From positions 1-63,610 of IMG/VR virus record IMGVR_UViG_3300010048_000010: a stretch of 63,610 nt of DNA; one strand, given 5' to 3'. Below are positions 1 to 9,150 of the stretch, piece after piece. A program made the position numbers and the translations under genes. The first letter of the stretch is position 1. The number at the start of each line of letters is the position of its first letter. The notes under the pieces are model-generated. The model saw only the letters and a list, made by a program, of their open reading frames with translations. It was not told where the DNA came from and made no database searches. Origin of the DNA: a virus. Taxonomy: Duplodnaviria > Caudoviricetes.

Positions 1-319
1 GTCCGCGCTCGCGGCGGCTGGGGTTTCTGACTGGGCAGTTGCAGCAGGACCAGCGGTTCTGCCGAAGGCAGACCCAAGTGATAACAAGCCTATCGTACCC
101 CCGCAGCCTGCACCTGCGCCGGATACTGAAGGCAAAGTAGGACCAGCTGTAATCGCTCCGAAAGTGGTGTCATCGCCCCTTGATTCCCTGCCGCAAGCGC
201 AGAACCTCACAGTCGAGCCGACACCCGCTGAACAGCCGCAGGTACTCATCAAGAGCACGCCGGAAGCAGATGCAATCACTGCACACGCAGCAGCTATCGC
301 CGCAGCGCAAGGCAAGTAA
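1..319 (+). CDS. C-terminal part of the secreted protein starting at 63000 (wraps the window junction)
   Basis: Frame starting at nt 2 is open to TAA 317-319 (SALAAAGVSDWAVAAGPAV...AAAQGK*) and joins in frame with 63000..63610 through codon CA|G. Confidence 0.8.
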   Translation, partial: SALAAAGVSDWAVAAGPAVLPKADPSDNKPIVPPQPAPAPDTEGKVGPAVIAPKVVSSPLDSLPQAQNLTVEPTPAEQPQVLIKSTPEADAITAHAAAIAAAQGK

Positions 320-338
320 GAACAACGAGGTGGTCTTT

Positions 339-403
339 GGCGGCTAACTGTAGTTGTACGCAATCCTCACCCCGGAGAAAGCGTACAGTTAGCCGCCCTT
401 TTT
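339..403 (+). terminator. Long inverted repeat followed by a T-tract; probable intrinsic terminator
   Basis: GGCGGCTAACTGTA (339-352) / TACAGTTAGCCGCC (384-397), 14 perfect bp, then CTTTTT. Confidence 0.6.
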
Positions 404-416
404 GACTGGAGATTGT

Positions 417-686
417 ATGGCTAAAAGTACCCGGATGGCTAGCCTCGGGCCATGCGCAATCGATGTGGTAGCGATTAGAGACTTCAGTTCGCGGCGGCTC
501 TCGCGAGAACAGCTTCAGTTCATATGGCGGATATGCGGGCCAGCAGCAGAGAAGAACCTTGAACGCAACCCACTGTGGATAGCGATATGCATGGCCTATA
601 TCGAAGGTCTACAGCATGGCTCAGAGCTTGCCGAAACCGCTAAGCAACAGGGAGAGAACCCAACAGGCCAAGCCGAGCGCGACTAG
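417..686 (+). CDS. hypothetical protein (89 aa)
   Basis: GGAG RBS at 408-411 and ATG at 417 within ORF 402..686. Confidence 0.5.
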   Translation: MAKSTRMASLGPCAIDVVAIRDFSSRRLSREQLQFIWRICGPAAEKNLERNPLWIAICMAYIEGLQHGSELAETAKQQGENPTGQAERD

Positions 687-773
687 ATTGATGCGCGGAA
701 CAGCGACTGGAATTGCAGCCAACACGAAAATTACAAAGGCTGCTACTAGCAAAATCATACTGATCGTAATCAT
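621..773 (-). CDS. small two-TM membrane protein, holin-like (50 aa; not in the ORF track)
   Basis: Hand translation MITISMILLVAAFVIFVLAAIPVAVPRINLVALGLACWVLSLLLSGFGKL*; AAGGAG RBS; last gene of the lysis cassette. Confidence 0.65.
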   Translation of the reverse strand: MITISMILLVAAFVIFVLAAIPVAVPRINLVALGLACWVLSLLLSGFGKL

Positions 774-784
774 ACTTCCACTCC

Positions 785-970
785 TTAATGCAACAAATGC
801 ATCCCATCGCCCACATGGGAATCGCTAGCGGGCTTGGGCTTCTCCGCGCGCTCTAACTTGCCGCTCAAATCTCCACCGGTATCATTGAACCGATTGCTAT
901 CCCCTTCTACGTAGACAAACGTGCAACTGCTGACTAGCCACATCATGCTGGCTAACATTGCTGTCTTCAT
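785..970 (-). CDS. small lipoprotein, possible spanin component
   Basis: ATGA overlap with the endolysin stop; MKTAMLASMMWLVSSC lipobox-like signal. Confidence 0.55.
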   Translation of the reverse strand: MKTAMLASMMWLVSSCTFVYVEGDSNRFNDTGGDLSGKLERAEKPKPASDSHVGDGMHLLH

Positions 971-1464
971 AACTTCGCTAACGCATTCGCTGACGCAGAC
1001 CAATACCCGGGCCATTTATCAGGATGAGGCTTACCTGGACGCCAGACCCGCATATAACAGTTCCATCCATCCTTTTGATTAGTCGGCAACGGCGCAGAAT
1101 CAGTCCATAGGAGCAGTCGCGCAAAAGATGTGGCTAGCAGATCGCAGCCTTCCAAAGCACGCCATACCGCAGATGTATTATGGACGATACTTAAATCGGT
1201 TAACACTCTTGCGGCAGTCGCTTTGCTAGACTGATGATTCATCACGCCCTTGACACCACCGCCTTGCTCGAACTGCCACCAGCCTCGCGCTGGACCAGGT
1301 GTCTCAGACGGACTATTTTGATAACGTGCTCTCAACGCTGTCTCTTGCTGCGCAATGGTCAAAAGATTCTGTCGGGCCAACGGACTAACTGGCGGACCAC
1401 CTAGATCAGCCAGGTACTGAAGTCCGGGGTCGAGGATACGCAAAATGAAGACATTAATGTTCAT
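967..1464 (-). CDS. putative endolysin (lysozyme-like fold)
   Basis: IAQQET...GPARGWWQFEQGGG...YMRVWRPGKP motifs typical of a phage lysin family; flanked by membrane/lipoprotein genes. Confidence 0.7.
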   Translation of the reverse strand: MNINVFILRILDPGLQYLADLGGPPVSPLARQNLLTIAQQETALRARYQNSPSETPGPARGWWQFEQGGGVKGVMNHQSSKATAARVLTDLSIVHNTSAVWRALEGCDLLATSFARLLLWTDSAPLPTNQKDGWNCYMRVWRPGKPHPDKWPGYWSASANALAKL

Positions 1465-1675
1465 TATGGTGATCCTCTACTTTATGTTGAAGCGTATCCA
1501 GTTTATTGGCAATAGCATCAACACGTTGAGAAATCGTGAGTAATGATTCTCCCTTGCGGCCTACCGTGTCTTCTATCTCAGTGGACAATAAGAGTTGAAT
1601 AATCTGTAGGATAACGACCAGAATAGCCGCAATTGAACCAAGCGTGCCTTTCCAGTTCTCCAGAAGCACTTTCAT
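1454..1675 (-). CDS. single-TM protein with coiled-coil tail (holin or inner-spanin-like)
   Basis: Hydrophobic SIAAILVVILQIIQLLL segment; directly upstream of the lysin. Confidence 0.55.
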   Translation of the reverse strand: MKVLLENWKGTLGSIAAILVVILQIIQLLLSTEIEDTVGRKGESLLTISQRVDAIANKLDTLQHKVEDHHNEH

Positions 1676-1683
1676 AACAATAC

Positions 1684-1896
1684 CTAAGAACTAGATGGCT
1701 GACCAGGAGAATTCTTGATAGCTGGCGGATTAGCATGGTCATAGACTTCCGCGGTATTGCCTTCCGCGACCCAATCCAGATACTCAATGTAGTCGCGATT
1801 ACCAGGGTCATCGGGAATCCACGCCCCATCATCATCGCGAAAGATCATACTGTTTTGTGGCATTCCTTCTTGTGGCGGCATTGTATAGTACATCAT
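1684..1896 (-). CDS. small tail-fibre-associated (assembly/chaperone-like) protein
   Basis: IPDDPGNRDYIEYLDWVAEGNT motif commonly seen downstream of phage tail fibres. Confidence 0.6.
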   Translation of the reverse strand: MMYYTMPPQEGMPQNSMIFRDDDGAWIPDDPGNRDYIEYLDWVAEGNTAEVYDHANPPAIKNSPGQPSSS

Positions 1897-2054
1897 TTGC
1901 TCCTATTATGTTTAGCCAACTCTTTCCGGTCCTTAGCTTGTTCGGCTTTGGAACCTTCCTTGAGTTCTGGATGCTGCTTGTCGAGTTTAGCATCCTGTGG
2001 GGATTTTTCCCACTGTGCCATCGACATACGTTTCTTGGCGGCTTTGGTCATCAT
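1893..2054 (-). CDS. small basic hypothetical protein
   Basis: ATGA overlap with the 2051 stop; Lys-rich 53 aa. Confidence 0.5.
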   Translation of the reverse strand: MMTKAAKKRMSMAQWEKSPQDAKLDKQHPELKEGSKAEQAKDRKELAKHNRSK

Positions 2055-2917
2055 AACTCCGCATCGCAAATCCATGTCACTTGTGTGTTAAACGGATAAG
2101 TGCCGTTAAGTACACAATATGCGCCAAGACCAAACGCGCCACCAAGCGCGAATGTTCCTGTTGTCACATTTGCAGTTACAGTCGGCGCAACCCGCATCCC
2201 GACCGGGAAGAAGCACTGCTTGTAGCTGCCATCCTGCGCCGTGTATACTTGATTAAACTGCAGGAAATAACGCTGGCACAAATCAATTTCAAAGCTAACT
2301 AGTTTACGTTCAAATTGAGTAGCCACAGCTCCGACTTCAAGCTGTACATCAGCAAAATAAATCGTCTCACCAGCAAGACAAGCACCGCATGCAAATTCAA
2401 TAGCTGCACCATTATTTGTGCCCGATGGCATCGTAAAAGACCCAGAAAAACGCGTCCACGTATTCACTGCTTGTTGCGGCATCGGCATAACTTGGTAGTT
2501 AGCATTAACAGTACTGAAATTATCTTTAGCCGTTGCTGTATGACAATTTACCGTGATCGGAGTAGTAGCTGTGCGATACATCCATCCGCTAAGCGAAACT
2601 GTCTTACCCATCAAATCTGCGATGTTGATCGACTCAATGCGTTGACCGAGTAACGTTTGCGTATTACCTGCTGCACCACTAATAGCAATTTGATTGCTAC
2701 CAGTAATACTCGGACCGCTTTGAGCAATAGTTACGCCTGCTCCAACTGCAACATTGTACCAACGATCGTATTTATAAATCGCAGCGCCAAGTGTGGCTAT
2801 CAAACCACCACCACGTTGCAATACTCTAAAATCACCATTGATGATACGGTTACGAAATGGAAGCGGCCAGCTAGTAAATAACTGACTCAAGTTTGCAAGA
2901 TTCTGTGCTTGGCTCAT
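2051..2917 (-). CDS. tail fibre/receptor-binding protein, paralogue 4 (CBM-like module)
   Basis: FRNRIINGDF ... ADVQLEVGAVATQFERK ... CQRYF signature. Confidence 0.75.
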   Translation of the reverse strand: MSQAQNLANLSQLFTSWPLPFRNRIINGDFRVLQRGGGLIATLGAAIYKYDRWYNVAVGAGVTIAQSGPSITGSNQIAISGAAGNTQTLLGQRIESINIADLMGKTVSLSGWMYRTATTPITVNCHTATAKDNFSTVNANYQVMPMPQQAVNTWTRFSGSFTMPSGTNNGAAIEFACGACLAGETIYFADVQLEVGAVATQFERKLVSFEIDLCQRYFLQFNQVYTAQDGSYKQCFFPVGMRVAPTVTANVTTGTFALGGAFGLGAYCVLNGTYPFNTQVTWICDAEL

Positions 2918-2919
2918 GG

Positions 2920-3999
2920 CTATATCTCTGCACTAAGTGCAATCAATGAACCGCCGAGGCCCGAGAGAATCGTACCTTGCCCGCCAGTAACGCCTGACAG
3001 TCCGGTTGCCTGCACATATAGCATGGATGGTGTTACTGATGCATTAACCATCGAAGTTGCCGGAAGGTTTTGACCACCCGCTGTTGCTGCACCAAACGTA
3101 AACGTGCCGGAAAATGTGACGGTCGGTGCAACACGCATCACCGGCGAAATTGCCATGATATAAACTGCGCTAGTTAGAGAGTTCTGAACATATCCGGCAC
3201 CGAATAGCTGACCCACTGCATTGTAATAACGCTGACAGATTAGACCTTCAATAGCAATGTTTCTACGCTCAAAAGGCGTAACTACAGTTCCCTGTTCCAA
3301 CTGCAAATCAGCGACTTCGATGAAGTTATTAGCTACAAGATTCCATGCTGTATACCCACTAGCTACTAACCAGTTCCCAGATTGCCATGTATTAACATTT
3401 GCTGTATTATATTGTGCATTATTTTGCGCACCAATTCGCAACACCAAACCAAGAGCATTAGTATTAGGAACACTCATCGCAGTCGGTAACGATGGAAGAT
3501 ATATAACTATACGCTGCGGTGTGTTAGCTACTGCATAATTAAATGTTCCAACAAATGAATAATTTCCAGAGTCAGATAACGAAACACTATGCAATCCAAC
3601 TACATTAGAATTAAACCAAAACGAAATGACTACTGACTGACCAAGCAAATCGTACGCATTGTACCCTTCAATCATTTGTTGGATACCGGACCAATATGCA
3701 CCGCCAGCCATCGTAGTTGGTGGTGTATTACAAGTTTGCCGAATAGTGTAACGCGGTACTCCATTGATACTCATCGTTCCACCAGCAGCTTGAGTCACTT
3801 GACCACCAGCACTACCTCCAATAGTACATTGAAAACGATCGGGTCCACCGTAGCTATTACCAGCAGTAACAACTACTGAGCCACCGCGCGCTGCAATCTG
3901 AAACGCGCCGTTAATAATTCGATTGCGAAACGACAATGCCCCCAAGCTAAATACTTGACTGAAATCAACACCGGCGGATTGTGCTTGAGTCATGGTCAT
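2920..3999 (-). CDS. tail fibre/receptor-binding protein, paralogue 3
   Basis: FRNRIINGAF ... ADLQLEQGTVVTPFERR ... CQRYY. Confidence 0.75.
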   Translation of the reverse strand: MTMTQAQSAGVDFSQVFSLGALSFRNRIINGAFQIAARGGSVVVTAGNSYGGPDRFQCTIGGSAGGQVTQAAGGTMSINGVPRYTIRQTCNTPPTTMAGGAYWSGIQQMIEGYNAYDLLGQSVVISFWFNSNVVGLHSVSLSDSGNYSFVGTFNYAVANTPQRIVIYLPSLPTAMSVPNTNALGLVLRIGAQNNAQYNTANVNTWQSGNWLVASGYTAWNLVANNFIEVADLQLEQGTVVTPFERRNIAIEGLICQRYYNAVGQLFGAGYVQNSLTSAVYIMAISPVMRVAPTVTFSGTFTFGAATAGGQNLPATSMVNASVTPSMLYVQATGLSGVTGGQGTILSGLGGSLIALSAEI

Positions 4000-5528
4000 A
4001 GCTCCGCGCTGGCAACATAATGGAAACTGACACGAAAGTGAGAACCCGCATAAACCTTGAATCCTGATTCCGTTTGGTTATCGATAGAAATACCTGAAGA
4101 AGTACCTGCAGACACACCATCCACAGAGACAAGACCTGCTGCACCTGTGCCGTCATAAACAACGATGGTTGGTTGCGTGCGCATTTCAACTGGAAAGCGA
4201 ACTGTTGCAATTGAAGAATTTACTGTTGAACCTGTTGCATCAATTATCCCTTGTGCTATTCCAGTGTTGGCCCCAGCATAGATGCCGTATGCATACGACT
4301 TGCAGTAATAACGCTGACATTGCGCCAGTTCAAACATAATTGGTCGCCGCTCAAAAAGTGTCGCATTCGCACCCACTTCAAGCTGAACTTCCGCCACAGC
4401 CACATAATTATTTACTGCTGCTGTCCAATTCACGCAACCTGATGCAACTATACCACTGATATTACTCTGCCATGCACCAGGTGCTACAATATTGCCGGGA
4501 CTTGCTGTGTAGGACGCAATCCGCATTGTCAAACCAGCAGAACCATTATCTAGAATGGAAAGCGGTGTCGTTGGCGCAGGAAAAGTCAATGCAACTTTCT
4601 GAGGCACTCCCGCAGCCAGATAATTAAACGTCATCACACATGACTGCGAATTCGAATCCTGCAAAGCGCATGAATATGTGCCAACCACATTCGACTGAAA
4701 GATAAACGACAATGTAATAGGACTATTGACTAAATCATAAGTATTGAAGCCTTCAAGAATCTGAAAAAACGGTGTCCAGAATAAAGTAGTTCCCAAGCTT
4801 GGCACAGTAGTAACCAACGCTTGCAACGCGGCGCGCGTGATACCGCTAAATGTCACAGCCAAAAACTGCGACGTGAAAGCACCGCTACTGCTTGCGTTAC
4901 CTGCCCAGCGGTCATATGGTCCATAAGTTTTACCACCAGTAACGCTGACCGAACTGGCATATTGATTTACACGCATGTCGCCATTAATGAGTCGATTACG
5001 GAACCCTGCAAGCTGACCACTGACTGGAGCCACATTCATGTAGTTTGCATAGCTAACCACACGAAATTGCATACCGGCATTCATGGCTTTGGCGACAACA
5101 ATCTGCGTGCCGCTGCTGTCGTCAAAGTCGCCTACTGACAGATCGTAGCCATTTACTGCTACATCAACCATATTCTGACTGGGTGGATAGCCACCAGGAA
5201 TCGGAATAACCGTTTGCCCTTGCGTTGCTTGCCCCTCGGTCACATTGCGAGAGACTTGTTGAATATGACCACTCGTGCGCAATGTCACAACTACTCGGAA
5301 GCGCGTACCCGCTTGCATCGGTGTGGTCAGTGCGATGCCCATGCCGTCCGCGTCACTGTAATCAGGATTCGGTGCAGCGCTTGACAAATTGCTACCACCA
5401 ACGAACACATCACATGAACCGGGTATAAGACCACCTGGGATCGGAATGTAATTCTGACCCGCAGTCGCGTCTCCCTCCGTGGTCTGCCGAGTCACGGTTT
5501 GCTTGGGATTGCCGCACATGTAGGTCAT
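3996..5528 (-). CDS. tail fibre/receptor-binding protein, paralogue 2, with a duplicated N-terminal ~80 aa module
   Basis: Two TEG.AT.GQ..IPIPGG...M.AG..FRVV repeats, then FRNRLINGDM ... AEVQLEVGANATLFERR ... CQRYY. Confidence 0.75.
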   Translation of the reverse strand: MTYMCGNPKQTVTRQTTEGDATAGQNYIPIPGGLIPGSCDVFVGGSNLSSAAPNPDYSDADGMGIALTTPMQAGTRFRVVVTLRTSGHIQQVSRNVTEGQATQGQTVIPIPGGYPPSQNMVDVAVNGYDLSVGDFDDSSGTQIVVAKAMNAGMQFRVVSYANYMNVAPVSGQLAGFRNRLINGDMRVNQYASSVSVTGGKTYGPYDRWAGNASSSGAFTSQFLAVTFSGITRAALQALVTTVPSLGTTLFWTPFFQILEGFNTYDLVNSPITLSFIFQSNVVGTYSCALQDSNSQSCVMTFNYLAAGVPQKVALTFPAPTTPLSILDNGSAGLTMRIASYTASPGNIVAPGAWQSNISGIVASGCVNWTAAVNNYVAVAEVQLEVGANATLFERRPIMFELAQCQRYYCKSYAYGIYAGANTGIAQGIIDATGSTVNSSIATVRFPVEMRTQPTIVVYDGTGAAGLVSVDGVSAGTSSGISIDNQTESGFKVYAGSHFRVSFHYVASAEL

Positions 5529-6515
5529 TTATATCTCCGCATCAAAAGACCAAACACGCCCATCGGCATAAAGATTACCTGCCGCAGCCGACACAATACG
5601 GTAACCAAATCCAGTGCAATCTCCCCCACCGACTAACCCATAAGCCATGAATTGTTCAGTACTTACATTCATGAGAGTCCCTGCTGTAACATACATACCA
5701 GTCGGAACGCCACGCATGGGCACCGGATAAGTTTGTGAGATACGGAAGTCGACATTAGCGCCAGCCGCCGGGTTACCCGGCCACAATGATAGCGGAATCT
5801 GTACATAATAGCGCTGGCAATCTGCAAATGTATAACGACTAGGTTTCCGTTCAAACACTGGAGCCGGATTGTTGCCTGCTTCCAGTTGAATATCTGCCAA
5901 GCCAAAGTAGTCCCCAGCAAGCAAATTAGGACATTCAAATTCAACTTGAAGTCCATTTATGACAGTCGAAGGAAGTGTAAAATTAAGACGGAATGGAGTG
6001 AACACATTAGCCGGAAGCACTCCAAGACTAACTGTACCTAGACTAGTTGCACTTGCCCAATTATCCAACGTATTAGTGATATAATTCGTTTGCTGTACTA
6101 CACCGCCAAGCGTGCGAATTGCATACCCACTTAGCGTAACCACTTTGCCAGCGAGGTCCATTATGTTCGCGGCTTCGATACGCTGTCCGAAATTAACAGT
6201 CGTATTCCCTGCCACACCAACTGCACGAATGTAACGCGCGTTCCAATTTGTCGAACCTACAACAGATACAGCACATGCTGCACCTGATTGCCACGTGTAC
6301 CAACGATCTACCAAATAAGTAACAGTTCCAACTGATGGAGTACCAGCCGTCCGCTGACTAACGCGAAAGTCGCCATTCATGATCCGGTTGCGAAAACCAG
6401 ATGATGAAGCCACTTGTTGCGTCGTCGCATCCAGATTTGACCAGCCAACAGCACCTGGCTGCAATGCACCAGGTGGAATGCTCAGTGGTACTGCAGGATC
6501 GCCAGCGATATACAT
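5529..6515 (-). CDS. tail fibre/receptor-binding protein, paralogue 1
   Basis: FRNRIMNGDF ... ADIQLEAGNNPAPVFERK ... CQRYY. Confidence 0.75.
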   Translation of the reverse strand: MYIAGDPAVPLSIPPGALQPGAVGWSNLDATTQQVASSSGFRNRIMNGDFRVSQRTAGTPSVGTVTYLVDRWYTWQSGAACAVSVVGSTNWNARYIRAVGVAGNTTVNFGQRIEAANIMDLAGKVVTLSGYAIRTLGGVVQQTNYITNTLDNWASATSLGTVSLGVLPANVFTPFRLNFTLPSTVINGLQVEFECPNLLAGDYFGLADIQLEAGNNPAPVFERKPSRYTFADCQRYYVQIPLSLWPGNPAAGANVDFRISQTYPVPMRGVPTGMYVTAGTLMNVSTEQFMAYGLVGGGDCTGFGYRIVSAAAGNLYADGRVWSFDAEI

Positions 6516-6838
6516 TATGACTGCTCCAGTTTGGATACAATCACGTCTACACTACCAGTGCTACATTGGCCAGTGATGAAATCACCGGGCTGCATGACCA
6601 GTTTATCTGGACCCACGCATTGCAACGTATTGCCCACAGGAACTGGCCCATTGGTAACGATTGAACATTTAGTTGCACCGCGATTGAGCCACGCACTGAA
6701 GTTCAGCGGATTGGCGGTCGTGTTGGATGCAATAAGTCCGATGACTGTAGTAGCGATCAAACCACTACCAGCAGTGTAGATAGTCGAACTGGACGTACCG
6801 ATACCAGGGGCCAATGCTGAGTTCAAGACTGAAGGCAT
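6515..6838 (-). CDS. small beta-rich virion/tail structural protein
   Basis: 107 aa, translationally coupled within the tail module. Confidence 0.6.
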   Translation of the reverse strand: MPSVLNSALAPGIGTSSSTIYTAGSGLIATTVIGLIASNTTANPLNFSAWLNRGATKCSIVTNGPVPVGNTLQCVGPDKLVMQPGDFITGQCSTGSVDVIVSKLEQS

Positions 6839-6841
6839 AGA

Positions 6842-7702
6842 TCACCCCAATGCGATAGCGTAGAGAATGGCGTCGTTTAGAGCGGTGGTATCGACGTATT
6901 GTTTAGTCGATGTTTGCAAGTTCTGCGTTGGATCACCCGCCAATGTGATCGGACCTGTCATGGTGCCACCAGCTAACGGCAAATAATTTCCTACCGGGAC
7001 TCCTGAAACTGCTGCATCCACATACGCTTTATCGGCGGCATCCGTAGGTTTGGTCGGAGCGCCAGACAAAGTCAAAGGACCAGTCATCGGTCTGCTGCCG
7101 TCTAGTGGCACGCAAGTTCCGATATAAGTCGCTGCTTGCTGTGCATAGTACTTGGCCGAATAGTCGATCCCCTGAACCATGCCGGGCAACTGCACAGCCC
7201 ATTCCTGCGCCAGCGTGGCGCTATTACCTGCATTCGTTGCGCTCGTTGCTGCTTGACTAGCCGAAGTAGAGGCATTGCCAGCCTGTGTCGTTGCAGTCGT
7301 TGCGCTACCTGCCGCAGCCGACGCACTACCCGCAGCATTCGACTCGCTAGTCGCCGCTGCTTGCTGTGCCGATTGCGCCGCATTCGCCGCGTTACCCGCA
7401 GTCGTTGCGCTGTTCGCAGAGTTCGTTGCACTGTTCTGCGAATTTTGCGCATAAGTCTGTGAGTTCGTTGCGCTGGTTGCTGATTGCGTAGCACTATTTG
7501 CGCTGTTCGTTGCACTCTGCGCGCTTTGACTTGCACTATTCGCACTGGCGCTAGCAGACTGAGCCGCTTGCGCTGCGCTAGCCGCCGCAGCATCCGCCGA
7601 GGCTTTTGCTTCGACACTTGACGTAGTAACAAACGCCCCTAGAACTCCTTCGAGTCCTTGTATGCCATTACCGTCAGTGAGGATAAGGCGTAGGGTTCCC
7701 AT
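6842..7702 (-). CDS. tail fibre protein with a Ser/Ala/Thr-rich heptad stalk
   Basis: SA(T/Q/N)NSA-type heptad repeats; two GGTMTGPLTL..DP...A..K.YVD-type repeats. Confidence 0.75.
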   Translation of the reverse strand: MGTLRLILTDGNGIQGLEGVLGAFVTTSSVEAKASADAAAASAAQAAQSASASANSASQSAQSATNSANSATQSATSATNSQTYAQNSQNSATNSANSATTAGNAANAAQSAQQAAATSESNAAGSASAAAGSATTATTQAGNASTSASQAATSATNAGNSATLAQEWAVQLPGMVQGIDYSAKYYAQQAATYIGTCVPLDGSRPMTGPLTLSGAPTKPTDAADKAYVDAAVSGVPVGNYLPLAGGTMTGPITLAGDPTQNLQTSTKQYVDTTALNDAILYAIALG

Positions 7703-7703
7703 G

Positions 7704-8015
7704 TCAACCTATCATCGGTGATTGCGCGACTCTGAACCAATCAGGTGGTGATGCTGTTTCTTCGCCATTAGCGAAATATAGAACAAAGTCTATCCGAGCT
7801 TTTCCAACCGGCCATTGACTTGTGTCAGGATAGCTGAGCGTTATCAGACCTTGCGTCAAGTCAACTGGCGAAATAATCATTTTGCCATACAAGTTCAAAC
7901 CCGAGGGATCGAATACGTTAGCCACAAGTGTACAGCCAGTCAAATCCACAGGCACTCCATCTTCCTGCATCTGCCCGATGAATTGAAAAGTCGTACCGCG
8001 GAAATGCGTATACAT
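7704..8015 (-). CDS. tail/baseplate adaptor-like protein (BppU-N-like)
   Basis: RGTTF...PVDLTG...G.ITL...T..WPVG pattern; tail-module position. Confidence 0.55.
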   Translation of the reverse strand: MYTHFRGTTFQFIGQMQEDGVPVDLTGCTLVANVFDPSGLNLYGKMIISPVDLTQGLITLSYPDTSQWPVGKARIDFVLYFANGEETASPPDWFRVAQSPMIG

Positions 8016-8324
8016 TTATTCCTCGATCAACTTGATGTCTTTCATACCATTGATGGCGGGCATGATCTGTGTAGCCACCAATGTAGTATTCAATGCATCC
8101 TGCCGCACAATCGATTCGTTACGAAATGACTCGACCGCAGCTTGCACTCCTTTAGTCATCCGCGCACCTTCAGTCAACATAACTGGAAGCCAACGGATAG
8201 AACAATCCCATGTGTCTAAATCACCGCCAGTTTGCGGATGCTTTCCGACCACATGACAATACCACATACAGTCATGTTCGATGCACGGCTTCTTCAACAG
8301 AGGACAGATCGGACCTTTGCTCAT
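8016..8324 (-). CDS. Cys-rich tail-fibre-associated protein
   Basis: CPLLKKPCIEHDCMWY...WDC...AAVESFRNE; directly follows the HxH fibres. Confidence 0.6.
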   Translation of the reverse strand: MSKGPICPLLKKPCIEHDCMWYCHVVGKHPQTGGDLDTWDCSIRWLPVMLTEGARMTKGVQAAVESFRNESIVRQDALNTTLVATQIMPAINGMKDIKLIEE

Positions 8325-9142
8325 GACTTGATCCCAATAATACAGTCAGCATACTTGACTTGCGGAGTCTTGTAAGTATGAGTATGCGCGGCATTACCGC
8401 CATTGGCCTGAATATTGGCATAACCTGTGGCAATACCGCAGCCCGTGCTAGCCGCATTCAACCAACAGCCAGTGCCGCTACCATTCACATTCTGCATACC
8501 ACCGTTGCCGCCATTGTATCTGCCATACTGGTTGGCATTCGATGCAAATGAGCCACCGCCATTATCCTGACCCGCTTGACCCCAACCGCCAGCCGGGATC
8601 GAGTGAGCATGACCCGGATCGTTGAATCCGTGATTGTGACCAGGATCATTGAAGCCGTGGCCGTGACCTGCATCACCGTGTCCATGTGACGGCATTTCCG
8701 ATACCGTCAACGCATGACCATCGCTGGTAAACGATCCGCCAAAGTTCCAAGCACTCCAATTCGTAGAACCGCCTGAAGTAATGTTCTGATTGAACCGCAT
8801 GGCGCAATCAGTGAAATTCGAACTTCCATCTACCGTCCAACCCACAGGAGCAGCCGCCTGTTGAAATACAACTCGAGTCTGCGCTGGCGCACCCAAAATG
8901 GTATTCACTTGATTCAAGTTTGCCGCATCGGTAGAATTCACACCCGGTGCTAGATTCTGAATCGTTTGGCTGTTAGCGTTTTGCGACTTATTCGGTAATG
9001 CACCACCATCGTATAGCTGACGGATAAAAGCATACGCTGCTTGAAAGTAATCGTTAGCGAACGGACCAACAATCTCTGACCCCTGTGGCGAGTTATTGCC
9101 GGGGATTGGCGACAAGTCAGGCCATCCAGTCGGTACGGGCAT
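8321..9142 (-). CDS. tail fibre with HxH metal-binding repeats, paralogue B (273 aa)
   Basis: Start reassigned to ATG 9142 (GAGGA RBS); LTVSEMPSHGHGDAGHGHG.NDPGH.H repeats like T4 gp12/gp37 tips. Confidence 0.75.
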   Translation of the reverse strand: MPVPTGWPDLSPIPGNNSPQGSEIVGPFANDYFQAAYAFIRQLYDGGALPNKSQNANSQTIQNLAPGVNSTDAANLNQVNTILGAPAQTRVVFQQAAAPVGWTVDGSSNFTDCAMRFNQNITSGGSTNWSAWNFGGSFTSDGHALTVSEMPSHGHGDAGHGHGFNDPGHNHGFNDPGHAHSIPAGGWGQAGQDNGGGSFASNANQYGRYNGGNGGMQNVNGSGTGCWLNAASTGCGIATGYANIQANGGNAAHTHTYKTPQVKYADCIIGIKS

Positions 9143-9150
9143 TATGTCCT

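Noticed and set aside
7200-7600. Tandem DNA repeat region
   Set aside because: Explained by Ser/Ala/Thr heptad repeats of the tail fibre protein
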